In this document: piece by piece, positions 15,105 through 30,068 of the stretch
How positions within the stretch are numbered: position 1 is the stretch's first letter
Layout: the number at the start of each line of letters is the position of its first letter
From: Chrysomallon squamiferum
Taxonomy: Eukaryota; Animalia; Mollusca
Assembly: GCA_012295275.1 (NCBI GenBank)
Contig: CM022665.1
Span: 10,478,001-10,542,000 of the forward strand
Reading direction: 5' to 3'
DNA: 64,000 nucleotides
Notes under the pieces: generated by a model
The model's input: only the letters and a program-made list of their open reading frames with translations
Database searches by the model: none
Told to the model about the DNA's origin: nothing
Translations under genes and position numbers: made by a program

Positions 15105-18100
15105 ATGGCGGCACCCAGTAGCACTACAAGCAGTGATTCAACAACAGAAAAAGAACCTGTTTCACAGTCAGAACAAGAACAACCAGACCCAGATAAAGAA
15201 TCAGTGGACCCAGATGCACCCAAGGTCGAAAAGTCATTTGATGAATTTTATTCGGAGGTTAGAAAAATATTTTTATTTCAGTCGTTAGTTGTTTTGTTTA
15301 TTCAATTTAACTAACTTATTTTCAAATTTCAGTTACTGTTTCATTTAAATATATATTGATTAACGAATTACACAAGAACTAGTTCAACATTGTTAGACAA
15401 CACTGTCTACATCGAGTTGTAAATCTAAATCCAATAAATCACTCATTAATTTTCATATTAAAAAAACAATCATGCACGTCACAAATAATAAAAATGAAAG
15501 TTACAGAACGATTGCTTGTGTAATATAAAATTAAACCTGGTTATAAACAGAACATTAATAACATATTATCTCGTAAAAGTTAAATATTATGGTAAAATAA
15601 TGATTTGAATGATATTTGTTTAAATCAGTTTAAATCACACTGCTAAAACAATCATAGAAAATTAATATTGTAAAAAATATCATATAATATGTCTACATAA
15701 ATTTATTCATCAGCATACTACAGTTACAAATTCTGCTTAAGTATTCTGTTACTGAATTATTCTGAAAATTATCAGTGCCACATCCACAGTGGAAAGCTGG
15801 TATACATGTACCTAATGTAGTACATGCCACGGTCAATATGCCATTCATCCACCTTTATTACAATTTACATCAATACAGGTCTATACAGAATATTTAGCTC
15901 AAGATTTAATGTTTGTAATAAATTAAGTTTTATTAACAGTGACAATAACAATTTGGTGACTGCACCTAAAATCACTGCAGTTTCCATTTTAAAGTTTTAT
16001 TTACTTCATTTAATATTTTTTTCAGAATACATTGTTTTTGAATTGTCTTCTTTTTGTCTTTGTGTCAGTAATTTAAAATTTAAATGTTGTTTTTGAAGGT
16101 TAAGGCTATAGAAGAGAGGGATTCAGTGTTGACATCCAGGCAACAAATTGATCGTTTGAACAGACCGGGTTCCACATATTTTAATCTCAATCCTTTTGAT
16201 GTAAGTTTAATAAGAAATAGAAAATATATTTGGAATTCAGTAGTATGTGAAATTATTCTAATTGTGTTTTTGTTGTTGTTGTTGTTGTTGTTGTTTTTAG
16301 TTTTTAAACCACTAAAATTCATTATCATTTGTAACATTATATTTGAAAGAACAAACAAACATTTTATTTAATAATGCATTAAATACATTTTTTATCAAGT
16401 GTTTTATGGCATCATGTGATCATATATATAGCTAATGACTGTAAAAATGATAAAAGGGAAGCTCAGTGACATTATAGGCTACTTTCCTTGGATAACTAGC
16501 AAGAGATCTCTGATTGATGTTCACCTTCTCATTGACAGCAAAACACACCTCATAAACCATTGCTTCCTAACTGTGTACTCTAACAACTGAACCACAAGAT
16601 GTCCTCCAGCATTAAGGCTGCATTATTCGTTTAAAAAATTAGAGACATTTGAAATTTAGATTTTGTTCTTTTTATATTTAATATTTTAATGATCTCTTGA
16701 AATAGGCATATGTTTAAATGACACTTTGAAATCATTTCAGGAAGTATTCTAAATACTTGTCACTGTTGATGGTGTTAAAATAATGCATTTTTGTTTTATT
16801 ATTATTATTACTTATTTTATCCTGTACATGTTTTTCTCTTATTTTTTTTAATTACTTCTGTTTAATTATACTGTTTGAATTATTAATCATTTATAAATAA
16901 TTCAAACTGATTTTTTTTTTATCTTTCTCTCTATTGTTGTTTAATATTATCAGGTGCTGCAAATTGATCCAGATATTCCATTTGCTGACATTAAGAAAAA
17001 ATACAGACAGGTTTGTTTTTTGCTTTTATTCCTTTAAGTTTGAATACATGTTGAATTATCTATTGAAAATATGATATAATTGGGAGAAGAAAAAACAAAA
17101 TGTTACTGTTTATGAGTATCTGAATTTGTTTTTAGAAGGTGTAGTTATAGTGTTGCCAAAATGTAATATTTTATTTTTTATTTTTATAGTAGTTTCATGG
17201 TTAGCATTACCTTATTAAATTTCAGAGGCTAACCAAAAACAAAGATTATTTTATAATGTTGAGTATGTGTGTTTCCTATATTATTTCTTTTGTTATTTCT
17301 TTTTTTCTTTAAAATTATTATTATTATTTTTTTTTTTTTTTTTTTAATCGCTTTTGATTTTGGAATTGTCTATCAAATTTAAAAACAGATTTATCACAAT
17401 TTCATTTTGTCTTTTTTTTCCTTTTTAACTTTTTTTTTATTTATATTTTTCCCCACAGATGTCTATATTGGTTCATCCTGATAAAAATCAAGATGATACT
17501 GAAAGAGCTCAGAAAGCCTTTGAAGGTAAATAAATTTATAGAAACATTCTTATTTTTTTCAAAATTTTTTTTTCAATGGATGAACATTTTATTTAACTAG
17601 AAACATACATAATCAAGCTTTTGAATGTCCAATAGATGAATGTTTTATTTAACTAAAAATATACATTATAAAATTTTTGTTGGACAAGGAAGGTAAATAA
17701 ACTGCACATTAACTAATATTTTTGATTCAACTAAAATTTTATTTAAATTTATTTAACATTTACACAAATATTGTTACTACAAAGCCTAATTTTATTATTA
17801 TTATTGTTTTTAAATTGGTAGTTGATTATTTTATTTAACTAGAAATATGCGTTGTCAGATATTGAGAATTTGTAGTTTTATTTATTGTAGCTGTAAACAA
17901 GGCTTACAAAACTCTTGAAAATGAAGAGGGATACAAAAGATGTAAAGAGATTGTTGATGAAGCCATTATTCGTACTGATGAAATGGTAAATAGCAGTAAC
18001 ATAAAAATATAACATATTTTTATATTACATTATATTTCTATGCTATCAGTGTTATACTCATACTCATACTAATACTAATGTTCTGCTCTGCTCTACAAAA

Positions 18101-19311
18101 TCATATTTGTTATATGTATCTATAAAATAATTTTTAAAATTACAAATGAATGACTGAACAGACTGATTGTGCACAATTAACATTACTGCAGTTTTCTGCT
18201 GAATTTTTGTGTCTGAAAGCATAATGTATGAAATTTGCTACCTAGTTAACCTGATTGGTTGCTTATATCCTTTTTTTAATGCTCATTTTTATTATTTTAT
18301 TTGCTATAGTAATTTCTTGATAATTTTTTATATTCATGCATGGGGTCAAATACATTTGTGTTTGAAATTATTTATATACTATTTGCAAGTGTTTGTATTT
18401 CAGTTGTATCTGAGCTATCTGTAATGAAAAGTATTTGTATTCAAATACTTTCACAAAGTGTTTGATTTTACCAATACATTAATACACTTTTCTAAAATTA
18501 TTTAATGTTTTGATCACCAACATGATCTGTTTCTGGAATCAATCTGATCACTGAATTGCACTCGCAGAACTATGAAGGAATTGTCTTCTGAATAACATCA
18601 CAATGAACTGCAATTAGTGATCTCTTTGATGTATGATTTTTGATGATTTCTTTGTCATTCAAATTCTCAATTACATAGTACAATCAGAAGAGATCAAGAG
18701 ATAATATGAAACATCTTTCCTACAAAAGGACTAACCTTTCAGCATATACATGCTACACATTGCTGTGCTTATTAAATCTTTGAATCTTGTATTTAGAGAA
18801 TTTAGCTAAATCAGAAATGGCTGGAAAAGTCCATGCGGAGGTTTCCATGTTATTGTTTTCTTTTCTGGTGTACCAGAGAATGTTGATGGCAATTTCAAGG
18901 CTAAATGTAGGCATTGCTTTCATAAATATCAACTTCTATGAAGGCTACTAGCTAATCTGCAGTTCCATGTCTTGGTAGAAAATCCCCAGATTCCATCAAC
19001 CAACATAATGGCAAATAAGCCTAATCAAATAGCCTACCTGTAACAAACGTAGTCTGTAACCTGCCTGTAACAAACATAGCCTGTAGCCTGCCTGTTAACA
19101 TTCCAGCTGTGATGTGTGGTGTGCATCAGAATTTTAAAAAAAAAAAAACAGAAGAAAAACAATACATTTTTTCTTTTAATTTGAAAAGTAATAGTATTTA
19201 AATGCATTTAAGATTTTAAATGTATTTGACTCTACCTCTGTTGATGTTATTATCATTATTATTACTGTTACTACTATTACTTTATAATGATGATGATCAT
19301 CATCCTAATTG

Positions 19312-19346
<35 letters not shown>

Positions 19347-21048
19347 GTGCAGATCAAACAGAAAAAGAAACAGCTGAAGAAAGAAGGAAAACTCCAAGAC
19401 ATGCCTGAAGATGATGAAGCTAAAGTAAACATCAAAACACACAAATACTTTTGATTTTGTCATTATATATCTGTGTGTGTGTGTGTGTGCACTTTTCCTG
19501 TCATGGCATTTTTAGGATACAATGTCAAGAAATGTTAAACACTAAATATATAAAACATTTATGGAATTATCTGAACAATATCTTCACATTCTGAAAATGT
19601 GAGTCATAATTAGTAATTCACATAAAGAATTCTTACTACGACTCATATTAACATATGTTACAGTCATAAACTTTGAATTTCACATCTTCAATTCAATCCC
19701 TTTATTAATGTCATTAATTGATCCATCAATGTTACTGCATCAATCAAAATCAAATATATTAATTAATGGCAAACATAACTGATACTTAGTCAAATGTTGA
19801 CTCAAACCAATTCAAGTGAACTACATAAAATATACTTAGGTAAGGAAAAATTATGAATGTTTATAAAAGACAGTAGTAGTTTCAAAAAGGTTCATGCACT
19901 TTTACAGAAACATTTATCAAGAGTAGTTTGAATAGTTTAAACATTTTTACTCTCTATAAATTCTGCAGAAGCATTCTCTTTCTCTAAATTGTGGCAAACT
20001 AGGCTGGTGCAGTTCAGATCTGAATCCATAGTCAATGTTTTTTGTTGCTCAGGCAACTCAAAATTATGAAGCATTTTGTCGAGCTCTTTAATTATGGCAG
20101 TCATCTACTGTCACACATGAGACATAATTTCATTAATGGCTGTGTTTGAATGTCCCTCCCATTGACACTGCTGTTTGCTTTCATACAGGAAATTCAAAAG
20201 TGCATTAATCAAAATGCTTAGTATGCAGTTAATGTTACCATGTTAATTAAGTATTGTGCAAAACAAAACCATTTTATACAAGGTATAAAGGATACATGTG
20301 TATTATTTTTCTTTTTTGGTAGTATAATCTACATATATTCATAGTACTGCTAAGTTCCATTTTTCTGTCACGTATTTCAGTACAAACATGCTGTGTATGT
20401 CCAAGTTTGTAAGTTGTTTGCTGACCTAGAAAGACTGCGCCAAGAAAGAGAAGCAAAGGCAATGCATGAAAGGTCAGTTCAAAACATTAAATATTTTAAA
20501 TTGTGGATCCTTGTTTATTTGTTGTTTCTGTGATGTTTTCTTGTAAAATATAACATTATTTTCACGTGCACTTTTTGTGAATTAGGCTGCTGGTGTTCTT
20601 AATTACAACTGGGTACATAACATCTGTATTGACTCATACGGATTTTTTAATAATAACAGGTGGGTACACGCCATCCGATGAGGTTTTTGCTTCAGTATGT
20701 GCTGTTGATAACTCTGTTGGTGTAATGTGTTGCAGACTATTTAGGTTAATGTCATATCAAAGCTGTAAATATCCAGAAATATTAGACCATTTTAGTATTT
20801 CATTTTTTTTTTTTTGTTATTTATTAATTATTTATTAATATTTTATTAATATTTTCTAGAGAAAAATATCTAACATCTATAAACTGAATAATCACTTTAT
20901 GCAACTGCTGTTTTACTATATTTATATATTGTTTTATTCTTGAAATAAAAAAATTAAAAATTAATAAATTATAGTAACAGATACAGTTGATTGTAGAATC
21001 ATATTTATATCAAAAGAATACTTCAAATTTCAAAAGTCTATGTCTGAA

Positions 21049-21087
<39 letters not shown>

Positions 21088-23453
21088 CTCTCTTTTCTTT
21101 TTGCTTATAATGTGTAAGTTTGCTTATTGGACTATTTTATATAATTTAACATAGGAAAGAGATGCTGTGATTTTAGTTTCTTTTTGATATATAGTGTCAC
21201 ACTTGTATAACTAACAAAAAAAATATCAGAATAACTGAATCCATATCATTATTATAATGGAATATGCAGCTGCTGGACAAGAAAGCAGCAGGCTTTGTTA
21301 TTAATATAAAAACTGTAACATGTAGACAGTATAATGAACTCTTAGACTTACGTTTTCTTTTTAATCTGAACATGCTTGATGTGTGTTTGTGATCCTTTTT
21401 TATCCACAGACAAACATCAGTGTGGAAAGTATTTATTTTAAACAGCATTATATTGGATACAGGACTGTCACAAACCAAACTACAGTATTGGATATCTTAT
21501 ATTTAAATTGCATTATATTGGATAAGGGACACACAGGTAAAACTGCAGTGTTGATATATTTTGTAAACTGCATTGTGTTGGATAAGGTACTGTGATAACA
21601 TTACTCTGGTTAGGGACTTTGAGCCATTGGCAGCGTAGTATTGCCTTCTTCTTTCAGAGGAACTGACGATGTTACTGACCCTGTGAGAAGGATGCATTTG
21701 TAAGGTGAGATATTGTGATATTTAGACAGGAATGTTTGCACTGCAGCCACGATAACAATGATCAGAAGACACCAACAGTGCATCTGATAGCATGTTTTTC
21801 ATGTTGTTTTTTTGTTTGTTTTTTTAAACACGTTTATAAAATATGTTGTTATAAACATATATTGTTTTCTTTTGTTCATACCAGTGATTTACAGTTTTTT
21901 ATGGTTATTAAAATAATACTGGTATCTACCTGGTTGTGGTTAAAAAAAAATTAAAAAAATAATTTTCCTTTCGGCAAAATGGACAGGTATGTTTTTTTAC
22001 ATTATCAAACCTGTGGTGTTGGCATAAATATATTCTATATACTTCCAAAAGGTTCTTTATTATTGTCAAAAGATTGGTATTTATCAATTAAAAAATATAT
22101 ATATATATATAACACTAGAACAATTTTAAAATATATTTTTCACAGAAAAAGAATTAGATTAACTAATTTTGGATTTTAAAACAAAAAGAAGAAAAAAGTT
22201 GGAATAAACCATTTGAGTTCTTGCTTTGTTCACTGTTATTTATTGATAATATTAAATTTTTTATTCTCAGTAGGTGTCTTAAGCTCGACATTTTCAAAGA
22301 TTTTAAGTATTTGATTTTGCAGATTTTGAAAATTGCAGATTGATTCCATAAATAACTATACTGTACCAGTCATGGCATTGTTTATTTTTATTTTTTTTTA
22401 TGGATCTTTACATTTATTCTGAGTTATGATTAGCAACTGAATCAATCCTCCATGTTACACTCATTGGGCTATATCCCATTCTAAACATTTACCTGGGATT
22501 AATTTACATCCTTTCCTATTTAGGACAGCATTAAAAAAAAAAAAAAAAAAATGATAAAAGAAGGATGGTACAGAGATGGCAGTAATTTCTCTCACGTATC
22601 TTTATGCAAAATTGAATATCTTGAGATCTGATGTTAAAATATGTTGAAATGTATTTGGAATATTACAAATGTTGCAAGATGAAGATATTTCATTCTTAAA
22701 CATCTGTTTGGATTAGCAGGACCTGGTTTATGTGAATTTACAACTTTTAAATATATATTTTTTAATTTAAAAAACAAAAAACAAAATTGGCATGGTTATG
22801 TTAAAGTGTTTGTGTGTGTAGTTTATTACTAACAAGCTCTAATGTGTTTTTGTTTATGATTTAACAGGAAAAGAAAGGCAGAAGAAGAAGCCAATGAAGA
22901 AGAAAGAAAAAAAGTTGAGAAAATCTGGCAGCACAATTATGAGGTAACTTGCATTGTCTAGAAAACGGTCATTGTTAGTCAGAGAGTGCAAGCGATCTTA
23001 AACCGTTTCCAAATTTAATCTGCAAAGGGTCTGCTTAATATGTAAATTAAAAATATACTTATGTTGGCTGTCACATTTTAAATATATAAATACAGCCTTG
23101 TTCCATTAATACATTGATGTTAAAGATACTGTTTGTTTCTTTCTCTGTCTGTATCTCTTGTCTCATTTTTAATTTTTAATTTTTTTCCTGTCTAAGACAG
23201 AAATATTAGCTATTTTTCTAATGTTTATTCCTTTCATTTCAGAAAAAAAAAAAAAAAATACATAAAGGTATATATTATGTACATGTTAACGAATTATAAA
23301 TGTCATATTAATTATAAATAATATTGGAATTTTACGAAAATTTAGGAAAGCCGAACTGATAGAGTTGACAGCTGGCGCAGCTGGAAAGGTGCAAAGGGCA
23401 AGAAATCTAAGGGATCTTTTCGCCCTCCAAAGGCGAAACCAGAAACACGATGA
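15105..23453 (+). CDS. DNAJC8: DnaJ homolog subfamily C member 8 (9 coding exons, ~273 aa)
   Basis: Exons 15105-15257, 16099-16200, 16954-17010, 17459-17525, 17891-17985, 19353-19424, 20381-20472, 22868-22943, 23346-23453. All introns are GT-AG with consistent phases (822 nt). Translation includes SFDEFYSEVKAIEERDSVLTSRQQIDRLNRPGSTYFNLNPFDVLQIDP, J-domain SILVHPDKNQDDTERAQKAFEAVNKAYK, and C-terminal EESRTDRVDSWRSW...FRPPK, all typical of DNAJC8. Confidence 0.96.
18335..19240 (+). mobile_element. Non-autonomous hAT-like DNA transposon with BED zinc-finger remnant, in DNAJC8 intron 5
   Basis: Imperfect TIRs CATGCATGGGGTCAAATACATTT / AAATGTATTTGACTCTACCTCTG with a 13-nt perfect core. The 8-bp flanks TTTATATT and TTGATGTT match at 6/8 and may be a decayed TSD. 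Subterminal GTATTTG repeats. Internal frameshifted GNFKAKCRHCFHK-ISTSMKATS-NLQFHVL at ~18888-18975 is BED-finger-like. Confidence 0.7.
21445..21592. repeat. Short degenerate ~60-bp tandem repeat in DNAJC8 intron 7
   Basis: GCATTATATTGGATA.. recurs three times, with AAACT(A/G)CAGT between copies. Confidence 0.6.
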
Positions 23454-23719
23454 CAATGTTTACAGTGGATATGCATGTTTTCTTCTTATCGCTAAAAAGT
23501 TCGGAGCAGCACGGATCTTCACTTTTGAAACAATGAGTTGTCAGCTCTTGTGGATTTAAATTTAAAAAAAAAAAAAAAAGTTTATCAGGTTCCTTGTTGT
23601 TATGTACAGACCTAATGAGATATTCATTGTGCACAAGGTCCTGACAGATTTGTGAATAAAATATGTACAGTGTATCATATATTATGAAACACATATATCT
23701 CTTTGTGCAGATAATTTAA

Positions 23720-24420
23720 ATACAATATACATCCCAAATCTGTGTAAAGCTAAAACTCACAATACTGATTTCATTTTCTATATATATGTACACACGTAAA
23801 ACAACATTCATCCTTAATTTATGTAAATCTTAAAGTCAGAATATCCAGATAATAATATTCTGTACATTTATAAATATAAAAATCATTCTGATTTTTATGT
23901 AAAAACTGTAAAATTTGAAATGCAGATATGACTTTATGTAAAACTGAAAAAGTAGAAATTTTGATCCAGTTTTTTCAACATTCACAAATATAAAATAAAT
24001 TTCAAGTTTATGCAAAACTAAAAATCATAATAGAGAAGTCAATTTTTGTCATTTACAGATATACAGCCCATTAAGTTTTTTATATAAAACTAAAAATTAC
24101 AATTATTGATAAAACTTTCTATGCATCTTTTAAATATGAAATGCATCTTTATTTTATGTAAAACTAAATATCAGACTATACATGCAATTTTTTTCTGTTT
24201 ACAAACAATAAAAATCTTCCAGGATTTTATTTAAAACATAAAAATTAGAAACAGTGTTAAAATTTCATGAACATTTACAAATAAAAAAAATACATCTTAG
24301 ATTTATAGAAAATTGAAATTTATAATAGATGACTTTCTGTACATTCACAAATGTAAATCTCATCCAGATTTTATATAAAACTGAAAGATTAGAAACACAT
24401 ATATCATTTATGTACACATT
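23720..24420. repeat. Degenerate ~75-bp tandem repeat downstream of the DNAJC8 stop (probable 3'UTR)
   Basis: Recurrent TTTATGTAAAACT(G/A)AAA...ACATTTACAAATATAAA blocks, roughly 9 copies. Confidence 0.7.
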
Positions 24421-27400
24421 GGTTTTTCTTTTTCTTTAATCATGATTTGATTTGTGTTTATGTTTTTAATTCAGGGGGTCATATTGACCTGTTTTCAAAC
24501 ATTTCCAGTTTCTGTCATTAAATGCAAGTCAGGTAATTAATATCATTGTCAGGTATAACTGACACACATAAATATAGTATTTGATGTGATGGTCAGAGAA
24601 ATATGAGATAATATGTACATTAATTCAAATGGTTGAAGTAACATGTGTACTTGCATTTATTAACTGAATTACATAGTGTTTTGTAACTATTGTCTATTTT
24701 GTTTCATTTGTTGGAAGAAATGTGTTTTGAGGTTTTCTAAAATTATTTTTATTATATTTTATTTTATTTTAGTCATTTCTTTTTTTCTTTATTTTTATTG
24801 TCATTAATTCATAAAGACAAGCTTTTTTTTTTGCTTTTTTTTAAAAAGGTAATAAATAATTGGTGGTTTTTTTGCTCAGATACAAGGATGATTTTAAAAT
24901 ATTATTTTCTAGGCCCTGTCCTTAATTGTTGTACAATAATAATTATGGTTATATTTTTCTCTAAATGGAGTAGTTCATTCTTTAGCATATGGTCAAAGAA
25001 AATCATTGCATTCTTTGTTTAATATAAAATGTTAAAGGTTACAGACTTTGACGAAATTAGAAATTTCCTTTTGGGAACACTACTTTGAAGAATAGGGTTG
25101 AAATGAAAAGAGTTTTATCAAGTTAAATAAGTGCAGTGCCATGTTAGATCTTTGATCTCCTAAACGCAGAGGCATGACATTTCTGTGTATTCCTTTTTTA
25201 TTATTATAATTACAATATATACAATCAAAGAGCTTTGCTTTCTGTTTACACAAACAGTTTTATCATCAAAAGTGTCTTATTTTAACCACCAGTATTCTCT
25301 TAAACAATTATAAAGAAATAATTCTGAAACAAATTCTGTCACTTTTCATGGTTCAGGGAAAATCAGTGTGTCTCGTCTTGGTCAGTCAGTGATGTAATGC
25401 AGAACATGTAAAATTGTGAAGTGTTTCTCTTTGCCAAATAATAATTTTTTTATATAAATTACCTGTCTTGCTATTATCAGTGTTTTTATACATGCAGTTT
25501 TTCCTCAGGAAATAATGTCACAAAACACAAACTGAAATACAGAAATCTTTGTAGAACCTTAGAGCGACCTGACACCAGTGGGTCATCTAAAGATACAACA
25601 TTTATGGCATGTGTTTTGGGTCCCATTTGAAGAGGATGCCACTGAGCAAATTCGTCTAAAAGATTGATGTCAGATGTTTAAAAAGGGGCAGAATTTCAGT
25701 GTTTGCCATAACTACCAATTTTCTGTGGATAAATTTAGCACATTTCATTGTTATTCAGCTGTACATGTCATTATTATATGTAAAATTATATCATGTTATG
25801 TGTTGTTTAAACATTTGTCTCTTTTTTCATAATATTTTACCATCACAGATACATAATAAGAGGTGTTGGAGAAACTGATGTTAAATCTGCTGTATTTTAG
25901 TAAAGCATACTTCTGTTTTTGGCATTAAAGATGCATAACTGGATGTGTGAATTTATTTCAGGTGGACCATATGCATTTATTTCTGGTCAAGAATAAAACA
26001 TTCAACTTTGCTCTCAATATCATTTTAAACATTTTTTTTTTTACAAAAGCTAAATTGTATATGACTTGTTATATAACAAATAAATTGTAGTAATTTGTGT
26101 TTACTATTTACTTTTTTTAAATTTTTACTTTTTTTAAATTTATTTATTATTATTGTTATTATTCAACATTTTTAAAATGATCCACTTAATGTTAGATATG
26201 TTTATTTAGTATATTTTATCAGAATTTGTATAGCTATGGATAATACAGTAATTATTGTCATGGTCACAAAATAGAAACATTTTTGAAAACTTGAATTCTG
26301 AATTAATAAGTGTCTAAGATTATCTGTATTATATTCATATTTTCCTTTTTCCTTTACTGTTTTCTTAAACAAATAAATAGGCAGTAATCCTCTTCATTAC
26401 TGATTATATTTCCCTCTGTTTTGGTTAAAAATATTTTGAAGTATTCTGTAAAGATGATATTACCTACCTGTTGATGTTTTATTTGTTATTTTTGTTTTGT
26501 TTTTCTTTTCTTTTTTTTCTTTTTTCTTTTCATTTTTCATATAAGAGTTCTGCTGAATTTAATTAGATTTAGTTAAGAAAAATACTGTTATTATTATTAT
26601 TAAAATAAATTTAAATATTATAGTTTTGAATATAAATGTTTTTATAATTCATTATAATATAAAATTACAGCATGTTTACATGTCAAAAATAAATGTGTTT
26701 ATAGTTCATCAAACCCATATTGCCATTCCTCTTTTTCACAACATAAGGCATATGTCCCATATAGAGGCTGTTTGAATATTATGTATTAAGAAAAAATATT
26801 TCTGAACCCATTAATGTTGATGGCCAAGAAATTTTTCATGCAAAATAATTAAATTATTAAACAAAATATGACTTGTTTTATGAAATATTTTAATGAATAT
26901 GACCATACAGGTCTAGTACATGTTCTTAACATTTTCAGACCTTGCTTGGCTTTTATGCCAAAGGGGCCATCAAAATCATTGATAGATTCATGGGGTATTC
27001 ACTGCATATGTGTGACATGAGTACACTTCTTACCTTGCAGTGATACCAAAATAAGATTTAACATTAAAAAAAAAGGAAAAAAAGAAGACAATACTTCAAT
27101 ATATTTTAAAAATAGAAAATATTTTTGAATCTGATAAAATGAAATAATTACTTTAATACAAATATACATTTCCAGTAATTTTGGATATACCTTACATACA
27201 TAGTAAATCATTTTGCTGCTCCGTTTTTGCTTGAATTTTGAGAGATTTTAATTATAATGATTTAACTGACATACATAATGTTATAAATATTGTTTTAAAG
27301 AAATAATTAAAAATGTACAATTTATGCAGATAGGATTTACTGTATTTAATTATTATGTATCATATCAGAATGTAGATGGTTGTAAGTTTGAAAAACTCTG

Positions 27401-30068
27401 TGCAGACATGAGTAACTTTTAACCCATTACTGTTGAAGCTTGTCATGTGAAAAACTACTGAAAGTTCCATTTTTTGTTTTTAATTGAATACCACCAATCG
27501 TATAATGATATTTTGTGGATATGTATTTATTGAAATAAAAGAAAAATTAAAAACGGGGGGAAAAAAAAGAAATAATAAACAAAAACAAAAACGAACATTC
27601 CAGACTCAAGCACATGTAAGTTAATAATGAAGCTTCACAAATTTTAAAAGTTATTTCAACACCTAACAATTTTTGTTTCATTATACACATTGATTAATGC
27701 AAATGTTTGAAAATACCAGAAAACATTTTAATAACTTTTGACATGTACTGGGCCACGAGAATGAAAATTTTAGTCCATTGCCCACATCCAAAAAGCACAC
27801 GCTTAAAAAATGTCATCATCATAACATATTTTTTTAATTATCTCACTGAAATACTGTACTGCATTCAAATATTAGTTAAAAAAAGGATCTTATCATCATT
27901 TAACATTTGCTATTTAAGATCCAAAGCAAGAGTCTTGACCACCAAATGTTGCAGATAAACAAGCAGATGGAGTTTACTCCAGACCTTTGTATTCAGAGTT
28001 CATGTATGTTTTTCATTTTTGGATACGTCTTTATAAAAGTGAAATTTTGCACATATATATATCAGTCCATATCCTAGGTTGTGGAAAGCCTTTACTCACC
28101 TCGGGACAGTGCCTTTTATCAGTATTAAATTTTGTGAAAAATCAAATCAAAATGACTTGCAGTTCCTTTGGATAGAAAATTTAGATTTTCATTCTCGTGG
28201 CCATATAGTGATTTATATGTAATTGTATAAGATAATGAAATAGGTTTTCATGATTATAGTAAATGAAAATAATAATATTGTTAAGATACTGCATATTGAT
28301 TGTATTCTGTTTTCTTGTTGGTATTCAGACTTATAAATCCTTAAATATTTATACAGCATTAGCAGAAACTGTATTAAGTCTGTACCTAACCTCTGTGCTC
28401 AACTAGTTTGTAGTCTAGTCAAGTGATTTCAGGATTTCTCTTTGTTCTCTTGTTTTGGGTTTCTTAGTATTCTTGTTAATGTTGGATGAAAAATGTGTTA
28501 GTTTATTAATGTACGAGGATGAAACAGATTTTATTAAAAAAAATTAAAAACATTTTTTAAAATAGAAATGGAAAATAAGGAAAGTTTAATAAATAAAATT
28601 GTTTTCATAAGCTATTAATTTTAAAAAAAGAAATTATTATTTATTTATATTATTAATTTTTGTTCATGGCATTTTGATATTTCTGTGGGCAGCATATTTC
28701 AATTGTTGTTAATGTTAAAGAACAATTTACGTATATTTAAATTATGCAGTGACCAGAGGTTCAACAACAACAAATCTTTTGTTCACACATGATAAATATT
28801 TAGTTTATTCTTAGCTTCCTCCATTCTGGTCATAACAGGGTTGAATCAAAATATATTTTATATATGGTTATTTTGTGAAAATCTGCACCAATATTAAATA
28901 AATTCTGTAATAAACCTATAAAGCACCATCTAAAACTGGAAATAGTTTCACTCTCCAATACATTTAGGGTTTTTTTCAAAGTAAAAAACAGTAGAACATA
29001 AAATATTAAAGAACCTAACTTTCTGGATTGCTGCTAACATTTTATTGGTAATATACATATTCAGTTTTATTTCTTTTGGACACATTTCCTTCCAGTTATG
29101 ATCAGAGGAACAGAACCCTTAACCCGTGAGAGTATATCACTTAAAGGTTTCTTGATCTTAAAAGCAGTTTTCATTAATATAAACTTATGTGTGTGATCTT
29201 TTCTGTTTATAAACTGACTCCATCGTGTGTTATTTTCCATGTATGTTTATTAATGTTATGTGATGATTCCGAGTATCAATACATTTTGCATGAGTGATAG
29301 CCAGGTACCACTATATCAGATTCTGATACAAAACTGATATTAGCCTAATGTCTCCCATATCGTAGTAAGTACAGATTATGTGAAAATATTATGTATACTG
29401 TTTTATGTAACAATTTGAAAATAAGAAAATTCTCAACTGAAGTGTATTTGTTGTTTTGTTCTTTTAATACAGCCGAATATCCCTACGTCAGTTTCTTGCC
29501 TTTAGTTGCAAGAGCCATTATTAGGTACTGGATAAGAAAGCTTTTAAGATTTTAAATTAATTTCACTGGACATTTTTTCCTGAAATGAAATAATCAACAC
29601 ACTGCAGCAATACATTGTGATGATCATTTTAAAAATGTGTGGGTGTGTAAATATATCTTTTAATATTATATTAAGTTATGAGAAACTTTCACAAGGTGGA
29701 TTCATATTTCATAGTATTTTCAAAAGTGCCTCAAACTTTTGTAATAACAACTTAATAGCCTTAAATATGCTTCTTTTCTCCTTCATTTTAGAAGAGAATA
29801 GTACAAATTTTTATAAATTACTAACAACATAAACATATAATATTTTATTTGCCACAGATAATAAAAAAGTTTTAATACCACATTACAAATGTTAATTGTC
29901 ACAACAGAGATATTTCTATTGTATCTTTCTGAAGAACTTGGTTAAGAATGGTCTACATTCAAATTCATTTCTGTTTAGGAACGAATTCTTTTAAAATACA
30001 AGTATTTTCTGCAGATTTCAAAAAATCTTTGATTAAGGAACTAAAACTAATAGAGTTCAACTTAATCA

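Noticed and set aside
23451-23495. Possible stop-codon readthrough of DNAJC8 (TGA C)
   Set aside because: The context does not match the CTAG or CARYYA readthrough motifs, and the extension is short and featureless.
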